Source: Kofleriaceae bacterium
Lineage (GTDB): Bacteria; Myxococcota_A; Polyangia; Haliangiales; Haliangiaceae
DNA: 64,000 bases
Direction of reading: 5' to 3'
NCBI GenBank assembly: GCA_965215005.1
Contig: CBDCCZ010000038.1
Span: 1-64,000 of the forward strand
The translations under genes and the position numbers were made by a program. How positions within the stretch are numbered: the first letter of the stretch is position 1; every line of letters starts with the position of its first letter. Below are positions 1 through 10,396 of the stretch, in pieces. The notes beneath the pieces are model-generated. The model was not told the DNA's origin and did no database searches. It saw only the letters and a list, made by a program, of their open reading frames with translations.

Positions 1-90
1 TAAAGAAGGACAACTTCTTTAGTCCACTCACCGGCACCGGCGCTGCAAAGAAATCCCACGGTAGTAAATCCGCGAAAGGAAACGTAACCG

Positions 91-1347
91 ATGAGTAAGA
101 GCCTCTATGAGCTGGGTGAGATTCCCGACCTCGGTGTGGTGCCCGAGCAGATGCACGCGCAGGTCATCCGTCCCGAGCGGTTTGGCAACCCAACGGAGGC
201 CTTCGCGCTCGAGCAGGTGCAAGTTCCAGACGTCGGGCCCCGCGACGTGTTGGTGTATGTGATGGCCGCCGGCGTCAACTACAATAACGTCTGGGCGGCG
301 CTTGGCATCCCTATCGATGTTATCGCCGCGCGGCAAAAGAAAGATCCGAGCGAGCCGAGCTTTCACATCGGCGGCTCCGATGCCAGCGGTATCGTCTGGA
401 AGGTCGGCTCAGACGTCACCAACGTCAAAGTGGGCGACGAGGTCGTCGTGCACTGCGGAATGTGGGATCCCGAGGACCCGCACATCGTCGCGGGCGTCGA
501 CCCGATGCTAGCCCCCAGTCAAATCATTTGGGGATACGAGTCAAACTGGGGCAGCTTTGCGCAATACACCAAGGTGCAAGATCATCAGTGTCTGCCCAAG
601 CCGGCGCATCTCACGTGGGAGGAAGCGGCGGCGTACATGCTCGTTGGCGCCACCGCGTATCGAATGCTGCACGGCTGGGAGCCGCACGTGGTTCGCGAAG
701 GCGATCCAGTGCTGATTTGGGGCGGCGCTGGTGGTCTCGGCTCAATGGCGATTCAAATCGTTCGTGCCGCTGGAGGTCGTCCGGTCGCGGTGGTCGGCAG
801 CGATGACAAGATCGACTACTGCAAGAGACTCGGCGCCGTGGGAGTGATCAATCGCAAAAAGTTTGATCATTGGGGAATGCTGCCGCACTGGAAGGACGCA
901 GAAGGCTACAAGAGCTGGCTTCGCGGCGCCAAGGCGTTCGGCAAGGCGTTTTGGGAGGCGTTGGGCGAGAAGCGCAGCCCGAGCTTGGTCTTTGAGCATC
1001 CCGGCGAAGCTACGCTGCCAACCTCGTGCTTTATGGTCGACACCGGCGGCATGGTGGTGATCTGCGCCGGCACCACCGGCTTCAACGCGACGCTCGATCT
1101 GCGGTATCACTGGATGCGGCAAAAGCGCTTTCAAGGGTCGCATTTCGCCAATGATGAGCAATCGGCGGGCATCAACCAGCTCGTCATCGACGAGAAGGTC
1201 GACGCGTGCCTCTCGCGCACCTTTGCCTTTGCCGAGACCGGAAGCTGTCACGAGCTCATGCGGCAGAACAAACATCCGAACGGCAACATGGCCATCTTGG
1301 TCAACGCCAAGCGGCCCGGGCAGCGCACCCTCGCCGAGTCGCGCTGA
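91..1347 (+). CDS. ccr: Crotonyl-CoA carboxylase/reductase (MDR superfamily)
   Basis: 418 aa. Motifs [44 protein letters not shown] (NADPH binding) and [14 protein letters not shown] are characteristic of Ccr. Confidence 0.92.
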   Translation: MSKSLYELGEIPDLGVVPEQMHAQVIRPERFGNPTEAFALEQVQVPDVGPRDVLVYVMAAGVNYNNVWAALGIPIDVIAARQKKDPSEPSFHIGGSDASGIVWKVGSDVTNVKVGDEVVVHCGMWDPEDPHIVAGVDPMLAPSQIIWGYESNWGSFAQYTKVQDHQCLPKPAHLTWEEAAAYMLVGATAYRMLHGWEPHVVREGDPVLIWGGAGGLGSMAIQIVRAAGGRPVAVVGSDDKIDYCKRLGAVGVINRKKFDHWGMLPHWKDAEGYKSWLRGAKAFGKAFWEALGEKRSPSLVFEHPGEATLPTSCFMVDTGGMVVICAGTTGFNATLDLRYHWMRQKRFQGSHFANDEQSAGINQLVIDEKVDACLSRTFAFAETGSCHELMRQNKHPNGNMAILVNAKRPGQRTLAESR

Positions 1348-1504
1348 TCGATCGACGCGAACGCGCAAGTCGCGCTGCGGGAGCACAGCGGCCCCTCCCC
1401 GCAGCGCGGGTCACCGCCGCGCACCGCGGCGCGCGGCAAGGGTCGCCGCTGCGCGCGGCGAGTCGGCACCGTGGGCGGCGCAGCCTCGGGCAGAAGCAGC
1501 GCGG

Positions 1505-1966
1505 CTAGCGGCGACGGCTCGCCCACGCCAGCGTTGCCAGCAGGGGCTGCGCGCGGGGGCGGAGCGTGTCGCCTGGCCGCCCGTCTCCGCCGAGGCGCTC
1601 GCACTCAGGCGCGCAGACCGAGGCGACACGGTGGACCGCGCGGCCGAGCTCCTCGTTGCTGCACGGTTTGAGAACGAACGCCGCGGCGCCGAGCTGAGTG
1701 GACAGCTCAGGAGCTCGTGGCGAGGCCGACACCAGCACGAAGGGCGGCGGATCCGGCAGCGTGTCGAGCTCGGCGACGAAGTTGGTGAGGGCGCCGCAAT
1801 CGCGCTGCGTGTCGACCACGACCACATCAATGCCGCCCTCGCGAACGCGCAGGAGCCCGTCGCAGACCGTGCCGGCGCTGATGACGTCGTGCCCCGACTC
1901 TGTGAGGGCCGCGGACCAGCCGCTTTGGAGCGCAGCATCTGACTGAACGACGAGAACCGTGCTCAC
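1505..1966 (-). CDS. Single-domain response regulator (receiver domain)
   Basis: From GTG 1966: STVLVVQSD...IDVVVVD (phospho-Asp)...LVSAS...FVLKP. Acidic pocket partly degenerate. Start inferred. Confidence 0.7.
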   Translation of the reverse strand: MSTVLVVQSDAALQSGWSAALTESGHDVISAGTVCDGLLRVREGGIDVVVVDTQRDCGALTNFVAELDTLPDPPPFVLVSASPRAPELSTQLGAAAFVLKPCSNEELGRAVHRVASVCAPECERLGGDGRPGDTLRPRAQPLLATLAWASRRR

Positions 1967-2125
1967 GGTTTTCAGCGTAACCGACCGCACTGGAAGAATG
2001 TGAGGGAAACGTGGCAAAGGCTGTACTTTCTTCCTCACCGCCGTCGCTCTACGTTGCCTGCAACTGCCCGAAATAACTACGATGCAGTCTTCCAAGCCAC
2101 TCCGGACGCCGGGCATTTCACCGCC

Positions 2126-5100
2126 CTACATCCGAGACGTTGCCGGCTCGGCAGACCGGGCTCGGGCGACGCCTTCGGACCAGCCGACCTCTGCTGCCAG
2201 CTCCCGAGCCTCTTCCAAGCTCGCAGAGGAGATGCGCGCGATGCCGCTAGGCGCCGACAACCCCGCGAGCAGAAGCTCGGCGGTGCCGCGGCGGTCGCCA
2301 AGCCGGCGCATTTCCTCCACCGCCGCTTGCCGGTAGCCGGCGGCGGCGGCGGCATCCCCCATCCGTTCGCAGTGCGACGCCAACAGCGCCTGTACCCGCG
2401 CTGCCCCCATGGCGCTGTGGACTCGCCGGGCGTGGGCCAAAGCCTGGCAGCCGAGAGTCAGCGCTCCCTCACCCTGGTCGAGCGCGCTGCGCAGCTGCGC
2501 CAGCCGCAATAGCAGCCGCCAAAGACTCGCCGATCCGCCCGTTGCGCCTCCGCCCTCGCCAAGCGTGATCAGATCAAGCCCTTCTTCGAGCTCGGCGATC
2601 GCCGCGGTGGTGTCGCCGTCACGGAGCAGCATCGCCGATAGATCGAGGTACAGCTCGGTCACAAGCTCCATGTTGCCAGCCGGAATACTGGCCCCGATGG
2701 CACGGCGCAAGGTCGCGCGCGCGGTCTCGCTATCGGCTTCGGTGAGCGATAGATGCGCCGCCGCCCGCAAGAGCTGACTCTCGAGCGCCGCCGCGCCCGT
2801 GGCTTGCGCACGCGCTTCCTGCAGGATTCCCCGCGCCAGCGCCACCTGCCCGGCGACGCGCAAGGTATCGGCGAGCTTCACCGACAGCGTCACGAAGCGC
2901 AGCCGGCCATCGAGCTCGTCATCGCCATGGGCGAGCATCAGCCGGCGGGCGGCGCGCAGCGCGCGCTGATAGAGCTGCGCCGCAGCGGCATCGTCGAGCT
3001 GGTGAACCGCGTCGTCGCCGGCACGGGTGAGGAGCTCGGTGGCGGAGCGATCGCGACCGGCGAGCTCATTGTGGTGCCCGAGCGTCGCCGCATCGTAGAC
3101 GGTGACCTTGAGCTCATCGGCGGCGGCGGCGTGGAGAGCGCCGCGGACATGCGCGGGGGTGGCATCGTAGACCACGTCGCGAACCAGTGGATGCTCGAAG
3201 CCAAGCAGCCCTTCCTCGACGTACACCAGCCCGCGGGCCTCGAGAATCGAGAGCGCCGCCGTGAGATCGTTGCCGAGCGAGGGCGCCGCTGCATGGCGGA
3301 GCACCTCGAGATGTACCTCGTTGCCGAACACCGCGGCCGCCTGACACAACAGCAGCGCCGCGTGTGGCAACAGGCCGATGCGAGCGGCGATGAGATCGAC
3401 CAGGGCCTCCGGCAGCCGCTCGAGCACGCCGCCTTCGACGAGGAAGCGCAGCAGGTGCTCTGCGTGTGCCGGTGAACCGTTGCAGCAGCGGATCAACGTC
3501 GCTGCGTCGGGCAGATCGCTGGAGCCACTCTGCGCGGCGTGCGCGGCGAGAGTGGCCAGATCTTCGTCGTCCAGCGGGGCTAGCTCGAGGCGCGCGGCCG
3601 TCGCAGGCCAGTGACGGGACAGCGCGCGCCGGTTGCTCACGACGATGCGAAGCCGGCCAAAGTTAGTGCGCTCGCTGAGGCGGCGCAGCAGCTCTTGGCT
3701 CGGTTGGTCGTAGCCGTCGACGTCTTCAAACACCAACACCGCGGGTCCGTCGTTGGCCGCTGTCATCAGCACGCGAATGGTCGCGGCCAACAGCTCGCGG
3801 CGGCGGACCGGCGGCTCGAGCTCCCACAGCGCGCCGGAGTGACCGAAGAGCTCGCCAATGCCCGGCAAATCGCGGCTCGAGAGACCCACGGCCTCGAGCG
3901 CGGTTCCCAGGCCTTCATAAGGGCACAGTGGCGGCAGCGCGAGGATCGCCGCAACCACCGCGCGTACCGGATAGAACGGCGATGCCAGCCCAGTGGGATC
4001 GGGGCCGGCCTGATAAATGGTGACCTGTCCGGCGACGGCTTGGTAAGCCTCGGCCAACAGGCGTGAGCGGCCGCTGCCGAGCGGCCCGACGAGCTGCAGC
4101 AGTGGCTCACTGGTGTCGCCGCGGAGAAATTCCGTTAGCTGCTCGCGCTCGCGCTCGCGGCCGACCAGCGGCAGCGGAAAGATGCTGCGGGTGACGTCGA
4201 AGCCTGGCGGCGGCAGGATTTCGGTGCGGGCCCCAGCGCGAGGCACGGCAGGCGCGGCATCGACGGTGGGGGCGCGGTCGAAGCCGACCCGGCCGCGCGG
4301 CGCTTGTTTGGCATGACCGCACTCGGGGCAGAACTTGAACGAGGCGGCGCTCGGCACACCACATTCGGCGCACGGCACGGCGTCACGAGTCTCGTCGACG
4401 GCCACCGCCGCAGCCACCGCGTCGCGAAACTGCAGCACGTCGCCGAAGCGCTCGAGCGGCGCCTTGCGCAGCGCCCGCAGCGCCGCCTGCTCGAGGAGCG
4501 GGTGCACCTCGAGATCGCTGCGTCGTCGACTCGGCGCGATCGGCTCCTCGCGCAAGTGGCGACGCAACACCTCTAGCGTGTTGCCGCCGACGAACGGCGT
4601 GGTGCCGATGAGCAGCTCGTAGAGGATGATGCCGACCGCGTAGATGTCGCTGGCGAAGGTCGGCGGCTGGCCGGCGATGACCTCGGGCGACATGTATTCC
4701 GGCGTGCCGCAGATGGTGCGCGCCGCGCCGGGCTCGGGATTGGCGCTGGGGGCGCCGACGAGCCGCGCAATGCCAAAGTCGACCACTTTATAGAGCAGGT
4801 CGCCGCCGCGGCGCTCGATGACGACGATGTTGTCGCTTTTGAGGTCGGCGTGGACCACGCCGGCGGCGTGAGCCTCTTCCAAGCCGCGCAAGATCTGGGT
4901 CACGGCCTCGACGATGCGGGAGGTGCCCAGAGGTTGACGTCGCTGCAGATGGTCGGTGAGCGTGGAGCCGTCGAGAAACTCCATCACCAAGTACAAGAGC
5001 CCATCGGCCGACTGGCCAAAGTCGATGATGGAGACCGCGTTGGGGTGGTTTAGGCGCGATGCCGCGAGCGCTTCGTCTTGAAACCGCCGCACCAGCCGCG

Positions 5101-5275
5101 GATCCTGGGTGAGCTCCTCGCTGAGGATCTTGATGGCGACGCGCCGGCCCAGCGCGATTTGATCGGCTTGGTACACCGCGCCCGAGGAGCCGACGCCCAC
5201 GCACCTCCGCAAGCGATACTTGCCGCCAATCACGTTCCCGATGCGCGGGTCTTCGCGGGTCTGCTCGACTTCCAT
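2126..5275 (-). CDS. Ser/Thr kinase fused to zinc ribbon, AAA/STAND-like NTPase and TPR-like region
   Basis: From ATG 5275 (MEVEQ): GVGSSGAVY, VAIK, HADLKSDN, DFG, GTPEYMSPE; CAECG...CPECG; P-loop-like GPLGSGRS and LVFED; helical repeat C-terminus. Confidence 0.85.
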   Translation of the reverse strand: MEVEQTREDPRIGNVIGGKYRLRRCVGVGSSGAVYQADQIALGRRVAIKILSEELTQDPRLVRRFQDEALAASRLNHPNAVSIIDFGQSADGLLYLVMEFLDGSTLTDHLQRRQPLGTSRIVEAVTQILRGLEEAHAAGVVHADLKSDNIVVIERRGGDLLYKVVDFGIARLVGAPSANPEPGAARTICGTPEYMSPEVIAGQPPTFASDIYAVGIILYELLIGTTPFVGGNTLEVLRRHLREEPIAPSRRRSDLEVHPLLEQAALRALRKAPLERFGDVLQFRDAVAAAVAVDETRDAVPCAECGVPSAASFKFCPECGHAKQAPRGRVGFDRAPTVDAAPAVPRAGARTEILPPPGFDVTRSIFPLPLVGREREREQLTEFLRGDTSEPLLQLVGPLGSGRSRLLAEAYQAVAGQVTIYQAGPDPTGLASPFYPVRAVVAAILALPPLCPYEGLGTALEAVGLSSRDLPGIGELFGHSGALWELEPPVRRRELLAATIRVLMTAANDGPAVLVFEDVDGYDQPSQELLRRLSERTNFGRLRIVVSNRRALSRHWPATAARLELAPLDDEDLATLAAHAAQSGSSDLPDAATLIRCCNGSPAHAEHLLRFLVEGGVLERLPEALVDLIAARIGLLPHAALLLCQAAAVFGNEVHLEVLRHAAAPSLGNDLTAALSILEARGLVYVEEGLLGFEHPLVRDVVYDATPAHVRGALHAAAADELKVTVYDAATLGHHNELAGRDRSATELLTRAGDDAVHQLDDAAAAQLYQRALRAARRLMLAHGDDELDGRLRFVTLSVKLADTLRVAGQVALARGILQEARAQATGAAALESQLLRAAAHLSLTEADSETARATLRRAIGASIPAGNMELVTELYLDLSAMLLRDGDTTAAIAELEEGLDLITLGEGGGATGGSASLWRLLLRLAQLRSALDQGEGALTLGCQALAHARRVHSAMGAARVQALLASHCERMGDAAAAAGYRQAAVEEMRRLGDRRGTAELLLAGLSAPSGIARISSASLEEARELAAEVGWSEGVARARSAEPATSRM

Positions 5276-5346
5276 CAGCTCTTGCTGCCGCGCCCCGGCG
5301 ACCCCCTCTGTGCGGATGCCGTGGCCATTTGCGCGTCCTGAAGGTT

Positions 5347-6555
5347 TTAGACGCGCTCGATGATGGTCGCAATGCCTTGGCCGACGCCGATGCACATGGA
5401 CGCAAGTCCATAGCGCTGTCGTCGCCGGCCGAGCTCGTGCATCAGCGTTATCACCAGCCGTGCTCCCGAGGCTCCCAATGGATGACCAAGGGCGATGGCG
5501 CCGCCGTTGACGTTGACGGTGCTGGGGTCGAGCTCGAGCTCGTGCATGCACGGCAGCGCCTGCGCCGCGAACGCTTCGTTGAGCTCGGTCACGGCGAGGT
5601 CGCCGGTTCGCAGCCCAGCGCGCTCGAGCGCCAGCTTGGAGGCCGGAATCGGCCCGAGTCCCATGTAGCTCGGCGCCACGCCGGCAACGCCCCAGCTCAC
5701 GTAGCGGGCTTTGGGGGTCAGGCCGAGCTCTTTGACCGCGCGCTCGCTCGCGACGAGCATGGCGGCCGCGCCATCGTTTAGGCCCGAGGAATTGCCGGCG
5801 GTCACCGTGCCGTCTTTGGCGAACACCGGGGGCAGTTTGGCGAGCTTGTCGCGCGGCACGTCGGGGCGCGGATGCTCGTCGTGCTCGCAGACGATAGCGG
5901 CGCCGGTCTTGCGCTGGTGGCCGGTGGTGATCGGCACGACCTCGACCTCGAAGTGCCCCGCCGCGCGCGCGCGGGCCGCCCGCTGCTGCGACTCGTAAGC
6001 GAGGTCGTCTTGTGCTTGCCGCGAGACGTCGTAGCGCTGCGCGACCCGCTCGGCGGTCTCGCCCAGCGGCAGCGTTTCGTGCTGCGCGGTCATCTTCGGG
6101 TTGACCATGCGCCATCCCAGCGTAGTGTCGTAGAGCGTCTGCTCGCCGCGCGGAAAGCCGGTCTCCGGCTTGGGCAGCACCCACGGCGCGCGCGACATCT
6201 GCTCGACGCCGCCGGCGATCACCAAGTCGGCCTCGCCGACCATGACCTGCCGAGCGGCATCGGCAAAGGCCTGCATGCCCGAGCCGCACAAGCGATTGAC
6301 GGTGACGCCGGGAACCTCGATCGGCAGCCCGGCCAGGAGCCCGGCCATGCGGGCGACGTTGCGGTTGTCTTCGCCGGCTTGATTGGCGCAGCCGAAGATG
6401 ACGTCGTCGATGCGCTCGCTCGGCACGCCGGTCCGCGCGAGCAGCGCGGCGATGACGTGCGCGGCTAGGTCGTCGGCGCGAACTGATGCGAGGGCGCCGC
6501 CATGGCGGCCAAAGGGGGTGCGAAGCCCATCGATGAGAAACGCGCTGCGACTCAT
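5347..6555 (-). CDS. Thiolase (acetyl-CoA C-acyltransferase, PcaF/PaaJ-like)
   Basis: RTPFG, GCANQAGEDNRNVAR, NRLCGSG (catalytic Cys), NEAFA, GGAIALGHPLGASG, MCIGVGQG. Confidence 0.93.
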   Translation of the reverse strand: MSRSAFLIDGLRTPFGRHGGALASVRADDLAAHVIAALLARTGVPSERIDDVIFGCANQAGEDNRNVARMAGLLAGLPIEVPGVTVNRLCGSGMQAFADAARQVMVGEADLVIAGGVEQMSRAPWVLPKPETGFPRGEQTLYDTTLGWRMVNPKMTAQHETLPLGETAERVAQRYDVSRQAQDDLAYESQQRAARARAAGHFEVEVVPITTGHQRKTGAAIVCEHDEHPRPDVPRDKLAKLPPVFAKDGTVTAGNSSGLNDGAAAMLVASERAVKELGLTPKARYVSWGVAGVAPSYMGLGPIPASKLALERAGLRTGDLAVTELNEAFAAQALPCMHELELDPSTVNVNGGAIALGHPLGASGARLVITLMHELGRRRQRYGLASMCIGVGQGIATIIERV

Positions 6556-6768
6556 GATGGCGGAGGGTAACGCCAAATCGGCGCGGGCGTCACCTCGCGA
6601 GATCCTTATGACAGGGGAAGTCTCGCGCCGCGCCGCAAGGTCGCGGTCGCGGACACTCGAAGACCGCGTCCGGGCCGCGCTCCTGGGGCCGAAGACCCCG
6701 GCACTGGGGCCTCAAACTGGCGATATCTTTGTTGATTAATCGCAGCATCGGGCTACTCTCTCTGCTGC

Positions 6769-9405
6769 ATGCAGCTTCGGCGAAGTTTGCTGGCGGGCGC
6801 CGCGGCGGTGGCCTGCTCGGTGGTTGCGGCCGTGGCAGGACGCGCCAGCGGCGGCTTAGAAGATCCGCCGCAGGCGGTGATGCCGGTGCCGCAGAAAGCT
6901 GGCGAGACTGCCGTCGAGGGCGCCGCTATGAGGCGGCAGCTCGCCACGCGACGTGCGGTCGTGGGCACCAGCGGGGCCTTGGCTGGCAAAACCATTTACG
7001 TTGCGGCGGGGCATGGCTGGGTGTGGCGCGAAGCGACGTCGGTGTGGCGCACCCAGCGCGGCACGACGCATGGGCTCATCGAAGACCTGGTCGCCGCCGA
7101 GACCGTGTCGGATTTGCTCATCCCGATGCTGCAGAATATGGGCGCGTACGTGGTGCCGGTGCGCGAGAGCGACCGCAACACCTCGCTGGTCGTGGTCGAC
7201 GATGTCGCCGCCGAGGTCCAGGGGGGGCTGGTCTTGACGGAGCTGGCGCAAGGCTATCGCCGCTTGCCCGAGCCCCTTACCGGCGCGGCCAACCCGTTTC
7301 TCGGTGGTAGCTCGCAGCTGTTTGCGGCCACCGAGGGGGAGGCGGGGCGACTCACGTGGACCTTCGACGTTCCCGCCGATGGCGCCTACAACGTCTACGT
7401 CTCGTACGTGCAAGACGGCTCGCGCGCCGCCGATGCCCACTACATCGTTCATCACGCCGGCGGCGATAGCCACGTACGCGTCGATCAGCGGCGCCACGGC
7501 GGTACCTGGGTGCTGCTTGGCAATTACTGGTTTGAAGCCGGGCGCTCGCCGGTGCTCGGCGCGATCTCGCTGGTGAGTGACTCGGCTACGCCGGGCGCGT
7601 TGCTTTCGGCGGATGCGGTGCGCATTGGCGGGGGCATGGGCGTCATCGATCGCGGTGGCGGCGTGAGCGGTCGGCCGCGCTACGAAGAAGCGGCACGCTA
7701 TGCGGTGCAGCTATTGGGAGCGCCGCCGGACGTCTACGATGGCATCGACGTCGATGGCGCCGACGATGTCACGGCACGCCCTCGGTTTGCCGCCTGGGAT
7801 CACCCCGATGGCGAAGATGCGGTGTACATCGCATGGCACACCAACGCGCCCGCGCCGGAGCGCGGCACCACCTCGTTCGTGTATGGACCCACCGAATACG
7901 GGCCGCTCACTGAATTTACCGGGGTGCCCGGCTCGATCGAGCTCGCCACTGCCGTGCACCAGGAGCTTATCGGCGACATCCGCGTCGGCTGGGACGCGAT
8001 GTGGCAAGACCGCGGGGTCAACACCGCGTTCTTGGGCGAGCTCAACCCCGAGCACAACTCGGAAATGCCCTCCGCACTGTTCGAGGTGGCATTCCACGAC
8101 ACGGCGGAAGACGCGCTCGCGCTCCGCGATCCGCGCTTTCGATACTTAGCGGCGCGCGCGATCGCACAAGGAGTGGCGCGCTACTTCGCCACTCGCGATG
8201 GTGCTGAGGTGGTGTTGCCGCCGGAGCCGCCGCTGGCGTTGCACATGGGACAAGCGCCCGGTGGGCTGCGCGTGAGCTGGCAGCCGCCGATGACCGACGC
8301 CGCAAGCGGTGGCGAGGCGAGCAGCTATCGCGTGTACACCTCGCTCGATGGGCGTGCCTTCGATGATGGCGTCGAGGTTGCGGCCACCGAGCTGGTGCTG
8401 CCGGTGGTCGACGCGGCGCCCCGCTACGTACGCGTCGCGGCGGTCAACGCGGGCGGCGAGTCGCTGCCGTCGGTGGTGGTGGGGGCGCGGCGCTCGGCCG
8501 CATCGGTGGCGCGGGTGCTCGTGGTCAACGGATTTGAGCGGCTCGACCGCGGGATGGTGCTCAGCGAGGATTTGAGCGCGTATGACCGCGGCGTGGTGGA
8601 TCGGGTCGACCGGGCGAGAATGAATGATGGCAGCTATATCGCGCGCTATGGCGAGGCGATTGCCGCGGCGCAAGTGAGCTTCGACAGCGCGATTGGCCAA
8701 GCGGTCGCCACCGGCGCGGTAGAGCTCGAGGACTACGCCGCGGTGGTGTGGTTCTTTGGCGAAGAGGACAGCATTTGGGAGCCGCTGGCGCCGGCGTCGC
8801 GGCAAGCGCTGCAGGGCTATCTCGCCGCCGGTGGGCGGGTGCTCTTGACCGGCACCGAGCTGGCCCGCGTGCTCGGTGGCGAGGGCGTGATGGCGGACGT
8901 GGATTTTCTGCGCGACGCGCTCGGTACCGTGTTCGTCGCCGACGACGCCAACAGCTATCAGGCGACGGCGCTGCCAGGCCCGTTCGCCGGACTCGAGCCC
9001 ATCGACTTTGGCGTCAGCGAGCCCGGCAGCTACGACGCCGACAGCCCCGACATCCTGGCCGCGGCGCCGGGTTCTATGGCGGTGCTTGCCTATCGCGGCG
9101 GCCTCGGGGGCGCGGCCGCGATCTTGGCGCAAGACGACGCGGGCGGCGCGCGCGCGCTGGTATTGGGCTTTCCGCTCGAAACCGTGGCTTCCGCGGAGCA
9201 GCGTGCTGCGATCATGAAACGCGGCCTCGATGCGCTTGGCGTCGAGCCCGAGCCTCTCGATGGCTCGCCCACGCCGGCCGAGCCATCGGCCAATGGCGAC
9301 AAAGGCGATTCTGGCTGCGGCTGCCGCGCCGCGGACCCGGCTCCTTCCATCCTGGTGGGGTTGTGGCTCGTGTGGCTGGTGTGCCGCCGCCGGCGGCGGC
9401 ACTAG
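6769..9405 (+). CDS. Secreted N-acetylmuramoyl-L-alanine amidase (Amidase_3-like) with golvesin/xanthan-lyase CBD-like insert, FnIII domain and MYXO-CTERM-like anchor
   Basis: Signal peptide; AAGHG...E, WHTNA and LFEVAFHD Zn motifs; VDQRRHGGTWVLLGNYWF...ADAVRIGGG module; LRVSWQPP...YVRVAAVNAGGES (FnIII); C-terminal GCGCRAA + hydrophobic stretch + RRRRRH. Confidence 0.8.
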   Translation: MQLRRSLLAGAAAVACSVVAAVAGRASGGLEDPPQAVMPVPQKAGETAVEGAAMRRQLATRRAVVGTSGALAGKTIYVAAGHGWVWREATSVWRTQRGTTHGLIEDLVAAETVSDLLIPMLQNMGAYVVPVRESDRNTSLVVVDDVAAEVQGGLVLTELAQGYRRLPEPLTGAANPFLGGSSQLFAATEGEAGRLTWTFDVPADGAYNVYVSYVQDGSRAADAHYIVHHAGGDSHVRVDQRRHGGTWVLLGNYWFEAGRSPVLGAISLVSDSATPGALLSADAVRIGGGMGVIDRGGGVSGRPRYEEAARYAVQLLGAPPDVYDGIDVDGADDVTARPRFAAWDHPDGEDAVYIAWHTNAPAPERGTTSFVYGPTEYGPLTEFTGVPGSIELATAVHQELIGDIRVGWDAMWQDRGVNTAFLGELNPEHNSEMPSALFEVAFHDTAEDALALRDPRFRYLAARAIAQGVARYFATRDGAEVVLPPEPPLALHMGQAPGGLRVSWQPPMTDAASGGEASSYRVYTSLDGRAFDDGVEVAATELVLPVVDAAPRYVRVAAVNAGGESLPSVVVGARRSAASVARVLVVNGFERLDRGMVLSEDLSAYDRGVVDRVDRARMNDGSYIARYGEAIAAAQVSFDSAIGQAVATGAVELEDYAAVVWFFGEEDSIWEPLAPASRQALQGYLAAGGRVLLTGTELARVLGGEGVMADVDFLRDALGTVFVADDANSYQATALPGPFAGLEPIDFGVSEPGSYDADSPDILAAAPGSMAVLAYRGGLGGAAAILAQDDAGGARALVLGFPLETVASAEQRAAIMKRGLDALGVEPEPLDGSPTPAEPSANGDKGDSGCGCRAADPAPSILVGLWLVWLVCRRRRRH

Positions 9406-9483
9406 GTCCAGAGGCTCTCTGGCGCGGGCCGTGCCGTCACGAAGGCCCGCTCCGCGGTTTACGACTTACGCCCTACACCGTTC

Positions 9484-9634
9484 GTACGCCGCCGCGGGAT
9501 TGATGACGCAGAAATCCGCCGCCCCGATGCGGGGCAAGGGCGGCAGATTTCTGCTGCTCAGGTGCCCTCTTCGGCGTCTCCCCCAGCGATTGTTGCTTTG
9601 CTAGCGGTTTACGACTTACGCCGTAAACCACTAG
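9484..9634 (-). repeat. Copy of the ~151-bp structured interspersed repeat
   Basis: Near-identical to the units at 43184-43703 and to the reverse complement of 36936-37091 and 48052-48201. A degenerate extra terminal hairpin (gcggtttacgacttacgcc) lies 150 bp upstream at 9454. Confidence 0.92.
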
Positions 9635-9645
9635 AATCGCGCCCT

Positions 9646-10278
9646 ATGGCCCAGACTGACGTTGTGGTGACGGCCGAATCGGTCGAGGCGACCATCGAGT
9701 CGTTCAGCAAGCTCGATGCCTCGTCCAATCAGCGCGCGATGCAAAAGTTGGCAGCTCGGCTCGGTAAGGAACAGCCGGCGCTGCTGGCATTTGCCGCTTC
9801 CACCAAGGAAGAGGGCGGCGAAAAGGCCGGAGAGGCGGCGGTGTTCTACGGGACCTTGGTGTGGGCGATGTTCGACCGCTTGGCTCCGGCGTCTCTGCCG
9901 CGCATCACGGCCGAAAACTTGGCTGCAGCACGAGCGGTGCTCAAGGAAGAGCTCGAGGGCGTGGAGGGATTAGCGGACAAACCCATTCACGAGCGCACCG
10001 CCCCGGCGCTAATTGAGCGCCAACCGCATCTGTGCGCCAAGCTGATCGAGCTGTTCGAGGAAGACCTTCGCGAAGACGCCATGACCCCCGAGGTCGGCGA
10101 GGCGATCTTCACGCCCACCCAAGTCATCGTCGAAGCCTTCGACGCGGCGCTTAGCGGCCGCCGGCCGGGCGAACAGCAAGGCACCATGGTTCGGCAAGCA
10201 CCCAAAGTCGGCCGCAATGAGCCATGCCCCTGCGGCTCGGGCAAGAAGTACAAAAAGTGCCACGCCGTCGCCAGCTAA
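9646..10278 (+). CDS. SEC-C motif domain protein
   Basis: C-terminal [20 protein letters not shown] after a helical domain of unknown function. Start placed at ATG 9646 because the ORF-track extension runs through the repeat. Confidence 0.85.
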   Translation: MAQTDVVVTAESVEATIESFSKLDASSNQRAMQKLAARLGKEQPALLAFAASTKEEGGEKAGEAAVFYGTLVWAMFDRLAPASLPRITAENLAAARAVLKEELEGVEGLADKPIHERTAPALIERQPHLCAKLIELFEEDLREDAMTPEVGEAIFTPTQVIVEAFDAALSGRRPGEQQGTMVRQAPKVGRNEPCPCGSGKKYKKCHAVAS

Positions 10279-10396
10279 CCCTGGCCGCCGTCGCCGAGCT
10301 GCCGCGCCAGTAACCGGCGCGCGGCAAGCGATCAGCCGTTGAGGTCACCGCTGGCGCGGAGATTGAACGCCGCGCGAATGGTGAAGCGCAGAACCG

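Noticed and set aside
1348..1504. GC-rich self-complementary stretch between ccr and the response regulator
   Set aside because: No clean stem or U-tract could be defined; pairing is expected by chance at this GC content.
5276..6289. N-terminal 338 aa of the 1387-aa ORF, suggesting a giant fusion
   Set aside because: Arg/Ala-rich off-frame shadow over the thiolase gene; the kinase plausibly starts at ATG 5275.
8146..9402. Long antisense ORFs (this one, 28736-30151, 41426-42523 and others)
   Set aside because: They lie opposite or off-frame to well-supported genes, have no motifs, and are expected in high-GC DNA.
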